DNA of 64,000 bases from Zygnema circumcarinatum SAG 698-1b (taxonomy: Eukaryota > Plantae > Zygnematophyceae). Below, in pieces: positions 41,823 to 53,300 of the stretch. The notes beneath the pieces were generated by a model, which made no database searches, was not told the origin of the DNA, and was given only the letters and a program-made list of their open reading frames with translations. Where the stretch lies: contig CM074823.1 in assembly GCA_037447605.1 (NCBI GenBank), forward strand, positions 682,001 to 746,000. The letters run 5' to 3'. Position 1 is the first letter of the stretch. The number at the start of each line of letters is the position of its first letter. Made by a program: the position numbers and the translations under genes.

Positions 41823-43412
41823 GAGGGAGGGAGAGAGAGAGAGAGAGGGACGGAAATGGGAGAGGGAGGGAAAGAAGGGGGGAAAGAGAGGAGGGAGGGA
41901 GGGAGAGAGAGAGAGAGAGAGGGACGGAAATGGGAGAGGGAGGGAAAGGAGGGGGGAAAAGGGAGGGAGGGAGGGAGGGAGAGAGAGAGAGAGGGAGGGT
42001 GAGGGACGGAAATAGGAGAGGGAGGGAAAGGAGGGGGGAAAAGGGAGGGAGGGAGGGAGGGAGGGAGGGAGGGAGGGAGGGAGAAAGTGGGGGAGGGAGG
42101 GTGAGGGAGGGCAAGGAAGGAGGGGGACAGGGTGAGGGAGGGGAGGGAGGGGGGTTGAGGGAGGGGAGGGAGGGGAGTGAGGGGGGGTGAGGGAGGGGAG
42201 GGAGCGAGGGGGGGTGAGGGAGGGGAGGGAGAGAGGGAGGGTGAAGGAGGGGAGGGGGGACAAAGGGAGGGAGGGACAGAGGGAGGCACGGAGGGAGGGA
42301 GGGAGGGAAAAAGGGTGAGAGTAGAGAGAGAGGGGGGGAGGAGGGATGGTGAGGGAGCGATGGAGGGAGGGAGGGAGGGTGAGGGAAGGGAGGAAGGTAG
42401 GGAGGGTGAAATAGGAGAGGGGGGAAACAGGGAGGGAGAGAAAGGAAGGTGGGGAGGGTATGGAGGGAGGAGGGAAAGGGAGGGAGGGAGGGAGGGAGGG
42501 AGGGGGAAAGGGAGAGAGGTAGAGAGAAAGGGAGGGAGGAGGGATGGTGAGGGAGAGATGGAGGGGAGGAGGGAGGGAGGAGGGAGGGAGGAGGGAGGAG
42601 GGATGGAAATGGGAGAGGGAGGGAGAGAGGAGAGAGAGGGAGGGAGGGAGGGAGGGAGGGAGGGAGAGAGGGAGAGGGAGAGAGAGAGGGAGAGGGAGAG
42701 AGAGAGAGAGGGACGGAAATGGGAGAGGGAGGGAGAGAGAGAGGAGAGGGAGAGAGAGGGAGGGAGGGAGGGAGAGACCTGAAGATGTAGTTGCAGTGGT
42801 GTTCTTTGTACCCCCGCACAAAGGAGACATAGGCGCGCAGGCCCTTCTCCATGACGTCACGATCGTGAGCAGCAAAGGAGCGAAGCTGCACTCGGACCCC
42901 CCCCATTGCTTTCATTGGAACCTGTGGGTGGACAAGGGATAGTCCTGGCCCCTCTCTCTCCTCTCCCTCGCTCTCTCTCCTCTCCCTCGCTCTCCCTCCC
43001 TCTCTCTCCTCTCCCTCGCTCTCCTCTCCCTCGCTCTCCTCTCCCTCGCTCTCCCTCCCTCGCTCTCCTCTCCCTCGCTCTCCCTCCCTCGCTCTCCTCT
43101 CCCTCGCTCTCCCTCTCCAACTCCCCTCCCTTACTTCCTCCCCTTCCTCATCCCACTCTCATGGCTCCTTATCCCTATATATCTCTCTCGAGGTCGTTCT
43201 CACTCATCGTATGTCCATACCACCCTGCTGCCCTCCCTTTCCCTCAAGTTCTCCCTCTCCGTCTCCGTCGTCGTCTCCACCATCCCGCCCAATGTGTCTC
43301 TCTCGCCCTTTCTCTTGTCAACTCCCTCTCCTCCCTCTCCTTTCCCCCTCTACTCTCTCTCCCTCTCCCTCAATCTCTCTCTCAATCTCTCCCTCTCTCA
43401 CTCTCTCTCTCT

Positions 43413-43455
<43 letters not shown>

Positions 43456-45489
43456 CCTCCCCCACACACCTGAGGGGTGACGTCAGGCGCCCCCGGCCTT
43501 GGCCTCTCCTGGAGGGGCACGCCCTGAAGGCGGAGGAACTCCACGTAGGCGTCCTCCTGCAATCCGTCAACCATAACGGAATCCGTTAACCATGTCCGTT
43601 AATCATAAAGGAATCCGTAACTATAACGTAGTCCATCATGCAGATCCACAACATAGTCCGTCATTCCTAACAAAATCCGTCCACCATAACGAAATTCAGA
43701 ACGAAATGGTGACGCAATCTGTCATCCATAACGGAATCCGTCATCCATAACGGAATCCGTGACCCATAACGGAATTCGTCAGGCACACACTAAAGTTCCC
43801 AATAACAACGAAGTAACAAAATCAAAGACGAGCAGAAAGAATAAAGAGGAATGGGGAAAAGTACGAAAGGAAAGGAAAAAAAGGCGGGCGGGTGAGGGAG
43901 AAGAAAAAAGACGAATGCCGGTTTAAATTAACTTGTTTTTTTTCCCTTTCCTTTTCTATAGATACAGGACTATTTATCACTATTATTACTATTATTACTA
44001 CTATATTTTGGTTTCTCTTCTCACCTTGGGAGTGAGGAAGATAACCGCGCTTCCGCTTAATCCCATTCGGGCAGTCCGCCCCGCTCTGTGCACGAAAGAT
44101 TTAGGGTCCTGGGGGGGGTCCAGCTGTAGAGAGAGAGAGAGAGAGGGAGAGAGAGAGAGAGAGGGAGAAAGAGAGAAAGGAAGAGAAGAGGGCGAGAGAG
44201 AGAGAGAGGGAGAGAGAGAGGGAGAGTGGGTGTGAGTGAGAGAAAAGGAGAGAAGAGGGAGGGATAGAGTGAGGGAGAGAGGGAGAGGAAGAGAGAAGAG
44301 GGGGAGAGAGAGAGGGAGAGGGAGAGAGAGAGAGAGAAGAGGGAGAGAGAAAAGGCGAGAGAAAGTGAGAAGGGAGAGGGGAGGGAGAGAGGGGAGAGAG
44401 AAAGACACAGTGAGAGAGGAGTGGGGGGGGAAAAAAAGAGGGAAGCGAAAACAAGTCTAGTTTATTGGACAACATGCTAGTTATGATAAAGTTTGCCCCA
44501 ATGAGATCCTGCCACGTGGATACATATGGTTCAGATATTTTTCACCTGAATAATGGAGGCCACTCCCGGAATGTCAAGACCTCGGGCAGCCACATCCGTA
44601 CAAAGCAAAATTCCTTCGGGCAGCTCAGAAAACTCTTTTAGGGCAGCTTCTCTCGTCACCTGAAAATAGAGGAAAGGGCGGGAATCCGTTTGGAAGCAGG
44701 ACGCAGAGAAAAAAAAAACGAAAAAAAAAAGGTTCAAATAAAGGTAAAACAAATTCTCCTTCTATTTTGCTGTTCGCAGAAAGGTTTTAACCTGACCTGC
44801 TTCATTTTTCCATGGAGAGCGAAAAATTTGAAATGGCGGAGGGCGGGGAGGCGAGGGAGAGTGCAGGCCCAATAGTCAATGCAGGCGCATGTCAGGGCGT
44901 ATCTGCAAAGAGAGAGGGGGAGAGAGAGAGGCAGAGAGAGTTAGAGAGAGAGAGAGAGAGAGGGAGGGGAGGGAGGGGAGGAGGGAGGGGAGGGGAGGGG
45001 GAGGGGGAGGGGAGGGGAGGGGAGGGGGAGGGGAGGGGAGGGGAGGGGAGGAGGGGGAGGAGGGAGGGGAGGGGAGGGGAGGGGAGGGGAGGGGAGGGGA
45101 GGGGAGGGGAGGGGAGGGGGAGGGGAGGGGAGGGGGAGGGGGAGGGGAGGAGGGGGAGGAGGGAGGGGAGGGGAGGAAGGGGAGGGGAGGAAGGGGAGGG
45201 GAGGGGAGGGGGAGGGGAGGGGAGGAGGGAGGGGAGGGGAGGGGAGGGGAGGGGAGGGGAGGAGGGGAGGGGAGGGGAGGGGAGGGGGAGGGGAGGGGAG
45301 GGGAGGGGAGGGGAGGAGGGAGGAAGAAGAAGAAAGAAAAGGATGGAAAATGAAATGAATAGGAAAAAGGGGATACAAAGCCCATTGTTGCAAGTGCTTG
45401 CGGAGGCCCAGGATGGGAGAAAGGAGGGGTAGGAAGACATGACGAGCGAGGGGAGAGAGTGGAGGGTTGGAGAATGGGGTTGGGGGGGG

Positions 45490-45559
<70 letters not shown>

Positions 45560-48500
45560 GAGAGTGGGGGAGGGGGGCGCATACACAATTGTCTTCAGAT
45601 GTCCACATTCCGCCAAAAGCTGGACGAGCAGTGAGGTCTTCTCCTCCACCTCACACACCGTGTACTGCACAGCCAATGCATTGAAAGAAAAAAGGAATCA
45701 AAAGTCTTAATTCTAATGAGATTATAGAAAGTGCACAAACGTTCAATATTAAAAAAATAATCACATAATCAACGAAGAAGTGACAGAACGAATGAGCACG
45801 AGAAATTGGTTCGATCGATCGAAGAAGGAGAGAGAGCGGGAGCGAGAGAGGGAGAGTGAGTGAAAGTCAGGGGCTTAAGACCCCATCTCCCATTCCATCA
45901 CCCCCCCCACCTTCCCCCCCCCCTCCCCTCCTCCCCTCCCCCTCTCCCTTCCCCTCTCCTCCCCCTCCCCCTCTCCCTCCCCCTCCTCCCTCCTTCCCTC
46001 CCTCCTCCTCCTCTCCCTCCCCCCCTCCTCCCTCCCCTCTCCCTCCCTTCCCTCCCTCCTCCTCCCTCCCCCCTCCTCCTCCCTCCCCCTCTCCCTCCCC
46101 CCCTCCCTCCTCCCTCCCTCTCCCTCCCTCTCCCCCCTCCTCCTCCCTCCTTCCCTCCCCTCTTCCCTCCCTCCTCCCTCCTCCCTCTCCCTCCCCCTCC
46201 TCCCTCCTCCCTCTGCCTTCCCCCTTCCCCTTCCTCCTTCCTCCCCTCTTCCCTCCCTCCTCCCTCCCTCTGCCCTCCCCCTCCCTCCTTCCCTCCCCCT
46301 CTTCCCCCTCCCTCCTCCCTCCCTCTGCCTTCCCCTTCCCTTCCCTCCTTCCCTCCCCCTCTTCCCTCCTCCCTCCCTCTGCCTTCCCCCCCTTCCCTTC
46401 CCTCCTTCCCTCCTCCTCTCCCTCCCTCCTCCCTCCCCTCTGCCTTCCCCTTTCCCTTTCCCTCCTTCCTCCCCTCTTCCCTCCCTCCTCCTCTCCCTCC
46501 TCCTCTCCCTCCCCCTTCCCTTCCCTCCTTCCTCCCCTCTTCCCTCCTCCCTCCCTCTGCCTTCCCACTCCCCTCCTTCCCTCCCCCTTTCCCTCCCTCC
46601 CTCCCCTCTGCCTTCCCCTTCCCCTTCCTCCTTCCCTCCCCTCTTNNNNNNNNNNNNNNNNNNNNNNNNNNNNNNNNNNNNNNNNNNNNNNNNNNNNNNN
46701 NNNNNNNNNNNNNNNNNNNNNNNNNNNNNNNNNNNNNNNNNNNNNCTCCCTTCCCTTTGCCCTCCTTCCCTCCTCCCTCTCCCCCCCCTCCATCCTTCCC
46801 TCCCCTCTGCCCTCCCCACCTTCCTTCCCGTCCTTCCCTCCTCTTCCCCCTCCTCCCCTCCCCCTCTGCCTTCCCCCCTTCCCTTCTCTCCTTCCCTTCC
46901 CCTCTTCCCCCCTCCCTCCTCCCTCCTCCTCTCCCTCCCCCTTCCCTTCCCTCCTTCCCTCCCCCTCTTCCCCCCTCCCTCCTCCCCTCCCCCTCTGTGC
47001 CCCCTCTTCCCTTCCCTCCTTCGTCCCTCTTCCCCCCTCCCTCCTCCCCCTCCCTGCCCTCCCCCCTTCCCTTCCCTCCTTCCCTCCTCTCCCCCCCCCT
47101 CCTCCCCTCCCTCTGCCCTCCCTTCCCTTCCCTCCTCCCTCCTCTTCCAACCCCCCCTCCTCCCCCTCCCTTCTCTTCCCCCCTCCTTCCCTCCTTCCCT
47201 CTCCCTCTCCCCCCTCCCTCCTCCCTCCCCCTCCTCCTCCCCCCTTCCCTTCCCTCCTTCCTCCTCCCTGCTCTCTTCCTCTGCTCCCTTCCCTCCTCCC
47301 TCCCTCGTCCCGCCCTCCCTCCTCCCTCCCTCTGCCTTCCCTTCTCTCCTTCCCTCCTCCTCTTCCCCCCTCCATCCTCCCTCCCCTGCCTTCCCCACCT
47401 TCCCTCCCTCCTTCCCTCCTCTCCCCCCCCCTCCTCCCCTCCCCCTCTGCCTTCCCCCCTTCCCTCCCTCATTCCCTCCTCTTCCCCCCTCCCTCCTCCC
47501 TCTCCCTCTGCCTTCCCTCCTTCCCTCCTCCCTCCTTTTCCCCGTCCTTTCCTCCCTCCCCCTCTGCCTTCCCCCCTTCCCTCCTCTTCCCCCCCCCCTC
47601 CTCCCCTCCCCCTCTGCCTTCCCCCCCCTTCCCTTCCCCTCCTTCCCTCCCCCTCTTCCCCCCCTCCCTCCTCCCCTCCCCCTCCCCCTCTGCCCCCCCC
47701 CTTCCCTTCCCCTCCTTCCCTCCCCCTCCTTCCCCCCCTCCCTCCCCCCTCCCCCTCCCCCCCCCTCCCCTCCCCCTCTGCCTTCCCCCCCCTTCCCTTC
47801 CCCTCCTTCCCTCCCCCTCTTCCCCCCCTCCCTCCTCCCCTCCCCCTGCCTTCCCCCCCCTTCCCTTCCCCTCCTTCCCTCCTCTTCCCCCCCCCCCCTC
47901 CTCCCCCTCCCCTTCTCCCTCCCTTCCCTCCCTCCTCCTCCTCCTCCTCATCCCCCCTCCTCACCTCCACCTCTCCCCTCTGCCCCCCCTTCTCCCTGCC
48001 CACTCATCCTCCCTCCTCTCCAGCTCATCCCTCCTCCTCCTCACTCCCACTCCTCCTCCCCTCCCTTCCCTCATTCCCTCCCCCTCTTCCCCCCTCCCTC
48101 CTCCCCTGCCCTCCCCCCTCCTTCCCTCCTCCCTCCTTCACCACTCCTCCCTCCCCCTATCCCTCCCCCCTTCCCCCTCCCTCCTTCCTCCTCCCTCCTC
48201 CTCCCCTCTCCCACCTTCCCTTCCCCTCCAGCTCCTCCTCTTCCCTCCTTCTCCCTCCTCTCTCCCTCCTTCCCTCCTTCCTCCTCCCCCTCCCTTCCTT
48301 CCTTTCCCCCTCTCTTCCCTCCTCCTCCCCTCCCTCTCCTTCCCTCTCCTTCTCTTCCTTCCTCCTATTCCCTCCTGTCCTTCCTTCCCCTGCTTTCCCC
48401 CTCCTTCCCTATTTTTCCTCTCCCCCTCCTCCTCCCCCTCTGCCCTCCCCCTCTCCCTCCTCCCTCCCTCCCTCCCTCCTCCTCCTCTCCCTCCTTCCTC

Positions 48501-50357
48501 CTTCCTCCTCCCCTCCTCCCCCTCTCCTCCTCCTCCCTGCCTCCCTCCTGGTCCGCCCTCCCTCCTCCCTCCTCTTCCCCTCCCCCTTCCCCTTGCCCTC
48601 CTTCCCTCCTCCTCTTCCCCCCTCCACCTCCCCTCCCCCTCTGCCTTCCCCGCCCTCCTTCTTCCCTCCTCCCCCTCCTCCCTCCCTCTGCCCTCCCCCC
48701 TTCCCTCTCCCTCGTCCCTCCCTCTCCCCCCTCCCTCCTCCCCTCCCCCTCTGCCTTCCCCCCTTCCCTTCCCTCCTTCCCTCCTTTTCGTCTCTCCTCC
48801 CCTCCCTCTGCCTTCCCCCTTCCCTTCCCCTCCTCCCCTCCTTCTCCCCCCTCCTCCCCTCCCCCTCTCCCTCCTTCCCTCCCTCTCCCTCTTCCCCCCT
48901 CCCTCCTCCCTCCCCCTCTCCCTCCCCCTCCCTTCCCCTCCTTCCCTCCTCTCCCCCCCCTTCCCTTACCCTCCTTCCCTCCTCCTCGTCCCCCCCTCCC
49001 TCCTCCCCTCCCCCTCTGCCTTCCCCCACCTTCCCTTCCCCTCCTTCCCTCCTCTTTCCCCCCCCCTCCCCCCTCCTCCCCTCCCCCTCTGCCTTCCCCC
49101 CCCTTCCCTTCCCCCCCTTCCCTCCTCTTCCCCCCCCCTCCTCTTCCCCCCCCCCCTCCTCCCCTCCCCCTCTGCCTTCCCCCCCCTTCCCTTCCCCTCC
49201 TTCCCTCCTCTTCCCCCCCCCCCTCCTCCCCTCCCCCTCTGCCCCCCTTCCCTCCCCTCCTTCCCTCCTCCTCTTCCCCCCCTCCCTCCTCCCCTCCCCC
49301 TCTGCCTTCCCCCCCCCTTCCCTTCCCCTCCTTCCCTCCTCTTCCCCCCCCCCCTCCTCCCCTCCCCCTCTGCCCTCCCCCCTCCCTTCCTTCATTCCCT
49401 CCCTCTCCCCCCTCCCTCCTCCCCTCCCCCTCTCTCCCTCCCCCCCTCCTCCCTCCTTCCCTCCTTTTCCCCGTCCCCTTTTCCTCCCTCCCCCTCTCCC
49501 TCCCCCTTCCCTTCCCTCCTTCCCTCCTCTCCCCCCTCCTCCCCCTCCCCTTCTCCCTCCCCCTCTCCCTCCTCCCTCCTCTCCCCCCCCTTCCTTCCCT
49601 CCCCCTCTCCCTCCCCCTCCTTCCCTCCCTCCCTCCTTTTCCCCGTCCCCCTGCCTCCCCCTCCCCCTCTGCCCTCCCCCCCTCCCTCCCTCCTTCCTCC
49701 TCTCCCCTCCTCCCTCCCTCTCCCCTCCCCTTCCCTTCCTCTCATTCCTCCCCTCTTCCCCCCTCCCTCCTCCCCTCCCCCTCTCCTTCCCCCTCCTTCC
49801 CTCCTTCCCTCCTCCCCCTCCTCCCTCCCCCTCTCCCTCCCCCCCTTCCTTCCCTCCTTCCCTCCTCGTCCCCCCCCTCCCTCCTCCCCTCCCCCTCTCC
49901 CTCCCACTTCCCCTTGCCCTCCTTCCCTCCTCCTCTTCCCCCCCTCCCTCCTCCCCTCCCCCTCTGCCTTCCCCCCCCTTCCCTTCCACTCCTTCCCTCC
50001 TCTTTCCCCCCCCCTCCTCCCCTCCCCCTCTGCCTTCCCCCCCCTTCCCTTCCCCTCCTTCCCTCCTCTTCCCTTCCCCTCCTTCCCTCCCCTCCCCCCC
50101 CCCCTCCTCCCCTCCCCCTCTGCCTTCCCCCCCCTTCCCTTCCCCTCCTTCCCTCCCCCTCTTCCCCCCCTCCCTCCTCCCCTCCCCCTCTGCCTTCCCC
50201 CCCCCTTCCCTTCCCTCCCTCCTCCTCTTCCCCCTCCCTCCTCCCCTCCCCTCTACTTTCCCCCTCTTCCCCCTCCCTCCTTCCCTCCTCTTCCCCCCTC
50301 CCTCCTCCCCCTCCCCCTCCTTCCCTCTCCCTCCTTCCCTCCTCTTCCCCCCCCTCC

Positions 50358-50397
<40 letters not shown>

Positions 50398-53300
50398 CCC
50401 CCCCCCCTCCTCCCCTCCCCCTCTGCCTTCCCCCCCCTTCCCTTCCCCTCCTTCCCTCCCCCTCTTCCCCCCCTCCCTCCTCCCCTCCCCCTCTGCCTTC
50501 CCCCCCCTTCCCTTCCCCTCCTTCCCTCCTCTTCCCCCCCTCCTCCCCTCCCCCTCTGCCTTCCCCCCCCTTCCCTTCCCCTCCTTCCCCCCTCTTCCCC
50601 CCCTCCCTCCTCCCCTCCCCCTCTGCCTTCCCCCCCCTTTCCTTCCCCTCCTTCCCTCCTCGTCCCCCCCCCCCCTCCTCCCCTCCCCCTCTGCCTTCCC
50701 CCCCCTTCCCTTCCCCTCCTTCCCTCCTCTTCCCCCTTCCCTCCTCCCCTCCCCTTCTGCCTTCCCCCCCCCTCCTTCCCCTCCTTCCCTCCTCCTCCCC
50801 CCTCCCCTCCCCCTCTGCCTTCCCCCCCCCTTCCCTTCCCTCCTTCCTCCCTCTCCCTCCTCCCCTCCCTCTGCCTTCCCCCCTTCCCCCTGCCCTCCTT
50901 CCTCCTCTTCCCCCCCCCTCCTCCCTCCTCTCCTCCCCCTCCTTCCCTCCTTCCCTCCTCTTCCCCCCTCCCTCCTCCCTCCCTCTGCCCTCCCCCCCTT
51001 CCCTTCCCCTCCTTCCCTCCTCTTCCCCTCATTCCCTCCCCCTCTTCCCCCCCTCCCTCCTCCCTCCCCCTCTTCCCCCCCCCCCCTCCTCCCCTCCCCC
51101 TCTGCCTTCCCCCCCCTTCCCTTCCCCTCCCTCCCTCCTCTTTCTCCCCCCCTTTCCTCCCCTCCCCTCTGCCCTCCCCCTCCTTCCCTCCTTCCCTCCT
51201 CTCCCCCCCTCCTCCCTCCCCCTCTCCCTCCCCCCCTTCCTTCCCTCCTCCCTCCCCCTCTCCCCCTCCCTCCTCCCCTCCCTCTCCCTCCCCCCCTTCC
51301 CTTCCCTCCTTCCCTCCTCTCCCCCCCCCCCCCTCCCCCTCTGCCTTCCCCCCCCTTCCCTTCCCCTCCTTCCCTCCTTTTCCCCGTCCCCTTTCCTCCC
51401 CCCCTCCCCCCCTCCTTCCCTCCCTCCTCTTCCCCCCCCCCCTCCTCCCCTCCCCCTCTGCCTTCCCTCCCCCTCTGCCTTCCCCCCCCTTCCCTTCCCC
51501 TCCTTCCCTCCTCTTCCCCCCCCCCCTCCTCCCCTCCCCCTCTGCCTTCCCCCCCTTCCCTTCCCCTCCTTCCCTCCTCCTCCCCCCTTCCCCCCCCCCT
51601 CCTTCCCTCCTCTTTCCCCCCCCCTCCTCCCCTCCCCCTCTGCCTTCCCCCCCCTTCCCTTCCCCTCCTTCCCTCCCCCTCTTCCCCCCCTCCCTCCGCC
51701 CCCCCCCCTGTGCCTTGCCCCCCCTTCCCTTCCCTCCCTCCCTCCTCTCCCCCCCCCTCCTTCCCTCCCTCTTGCTTCCCCCCTCCTTCCCTCTCCTCCT
51801 CCTCTTCCCCCTCCCTCCTCCCTCTCCTTCTGCCTTCCCCCCTCCCTTCCCTTCTCTCTCTCACTCTCCTCCTCCTCTCCCCCTCCTCCCCTCCCTCTCT
51901 CCCCCCCTCCCTCCCTCCTCCTCCTCTCCCCCCCCCTCCTCCCCCTCCCTGCTCCCTCTTCCCTCCTTCCCTCCTCCCTCTCCTCCCCTCCCTGTGCCTC
52001 CCCCCCTTCCTTCCCTCCTCCCTCCTCTTCCCCCCCTCCCTCCTCCCCTCCCCCTCTGCCTTCCCCCCCCTTCCCTTCCCTCCTTCCCTCCTCTTCCCCC
52101 CTCCCCCTCCTCCCCCTCCCTTTCTCTCCCCCTTCCCTTCCCTCCTCCCTCCTCTTCCCCCCTCCCTCCTCCCCTCCCCCTTCTGCCCTCCCCCCCTTCC
52201 TTCCCTCCTTCCTCCTCTCCCCCCCCCTCCTCCCCTCCCCCTCTGCCCTCCCCCCCTCCCTCCCTCCTTCCGCCTCCTCTTCCCATCCTCCCCTCCTCCC
52301 CCTCTGCCCTCCCTCCCCTCCCCACCTTTCCTCCTCTCCCCCTCCTCCATCCCTTTGCCCTCCCCCCTCCCTCCCTCCTTCCCTCCCTCTCCCCCCCCCC
52401 TCTCCTCCCCTCCCCCTCTGCCTCCCCCCCCCTTCCCTTCCCCTCCTTCCCTCCCCCTCTTCCCCCCCTCCCTCCTCCCCTCCCCCTCTGCCTTCCCCCC
52501 CCTTCCCTTCCCCTCCTTCCCTCCCCCTCTTCCCCCCCCCCTCCTCCCCTCCCCCTCTGCCTTCCCCCCCCTTCCCTTCCCCTCCTTCCCTCCCCCTTTT
52601 CCCCCCCTCCCTCCTCCCCTCCCCCTCTGCCTTCCCCTCCTTCCCTCCCCCTCTCCCCCTCCCCCCCCCCCAACAAGCCAGCCAGCTAGCCAGCCAATCA
52701 ACCAACCAACCAACCAACCCTTCCTCCCTCCCTCCCTCGTACCGAAATCTCGAGGCTCGCTGGAGTCTTCGAAACCGAAACCGGTCCCCCGGCCCCCCCG
52801 TCTGCGCGAGGTACTGGTTCCTGTCGGTTGGCCTTGACCCGCACCTCCACGTGGACAGGGTTGCGCATGCCCGCGGCCGCGAGGTCCTGTACGGCGCGCG
52901 TCTGAGTGGCCGAGAAGAGGCCCGTGCGGCGCTGACGTGGCAGGCGGGCCATAACGCTCGACAGCTTCACATGGAACCCCATGTCGAGGAGGCGGTCGGC
53001 TTCGTCGAGGACGAGGACCTGAACCCTAAACCCAAATCGGAGATGAATGAATGTCGGCGGTGGTTGGAAGGGGGAGATGGAGGGAATGAAGGTGTGGGTT
53101 GGAAGGAGATGGAAGGAATAGCCTTGATAGTTGAAAGAGATGGGAAGAGAAGGGAGGGGAGAAGGAGGAAGGGGAGAAGGAGGGAGGGGAGAAGGGAGGG
53201 GAGGGGAGGAGGGAGGGAGGAAGAAGGGAGGGGGAGGGAAGAGGAGGGAAAGGGAGGGGAGGAGGGAGGGAGGGGAGGGAGGGAGGGGAGGAGGTGGGGG

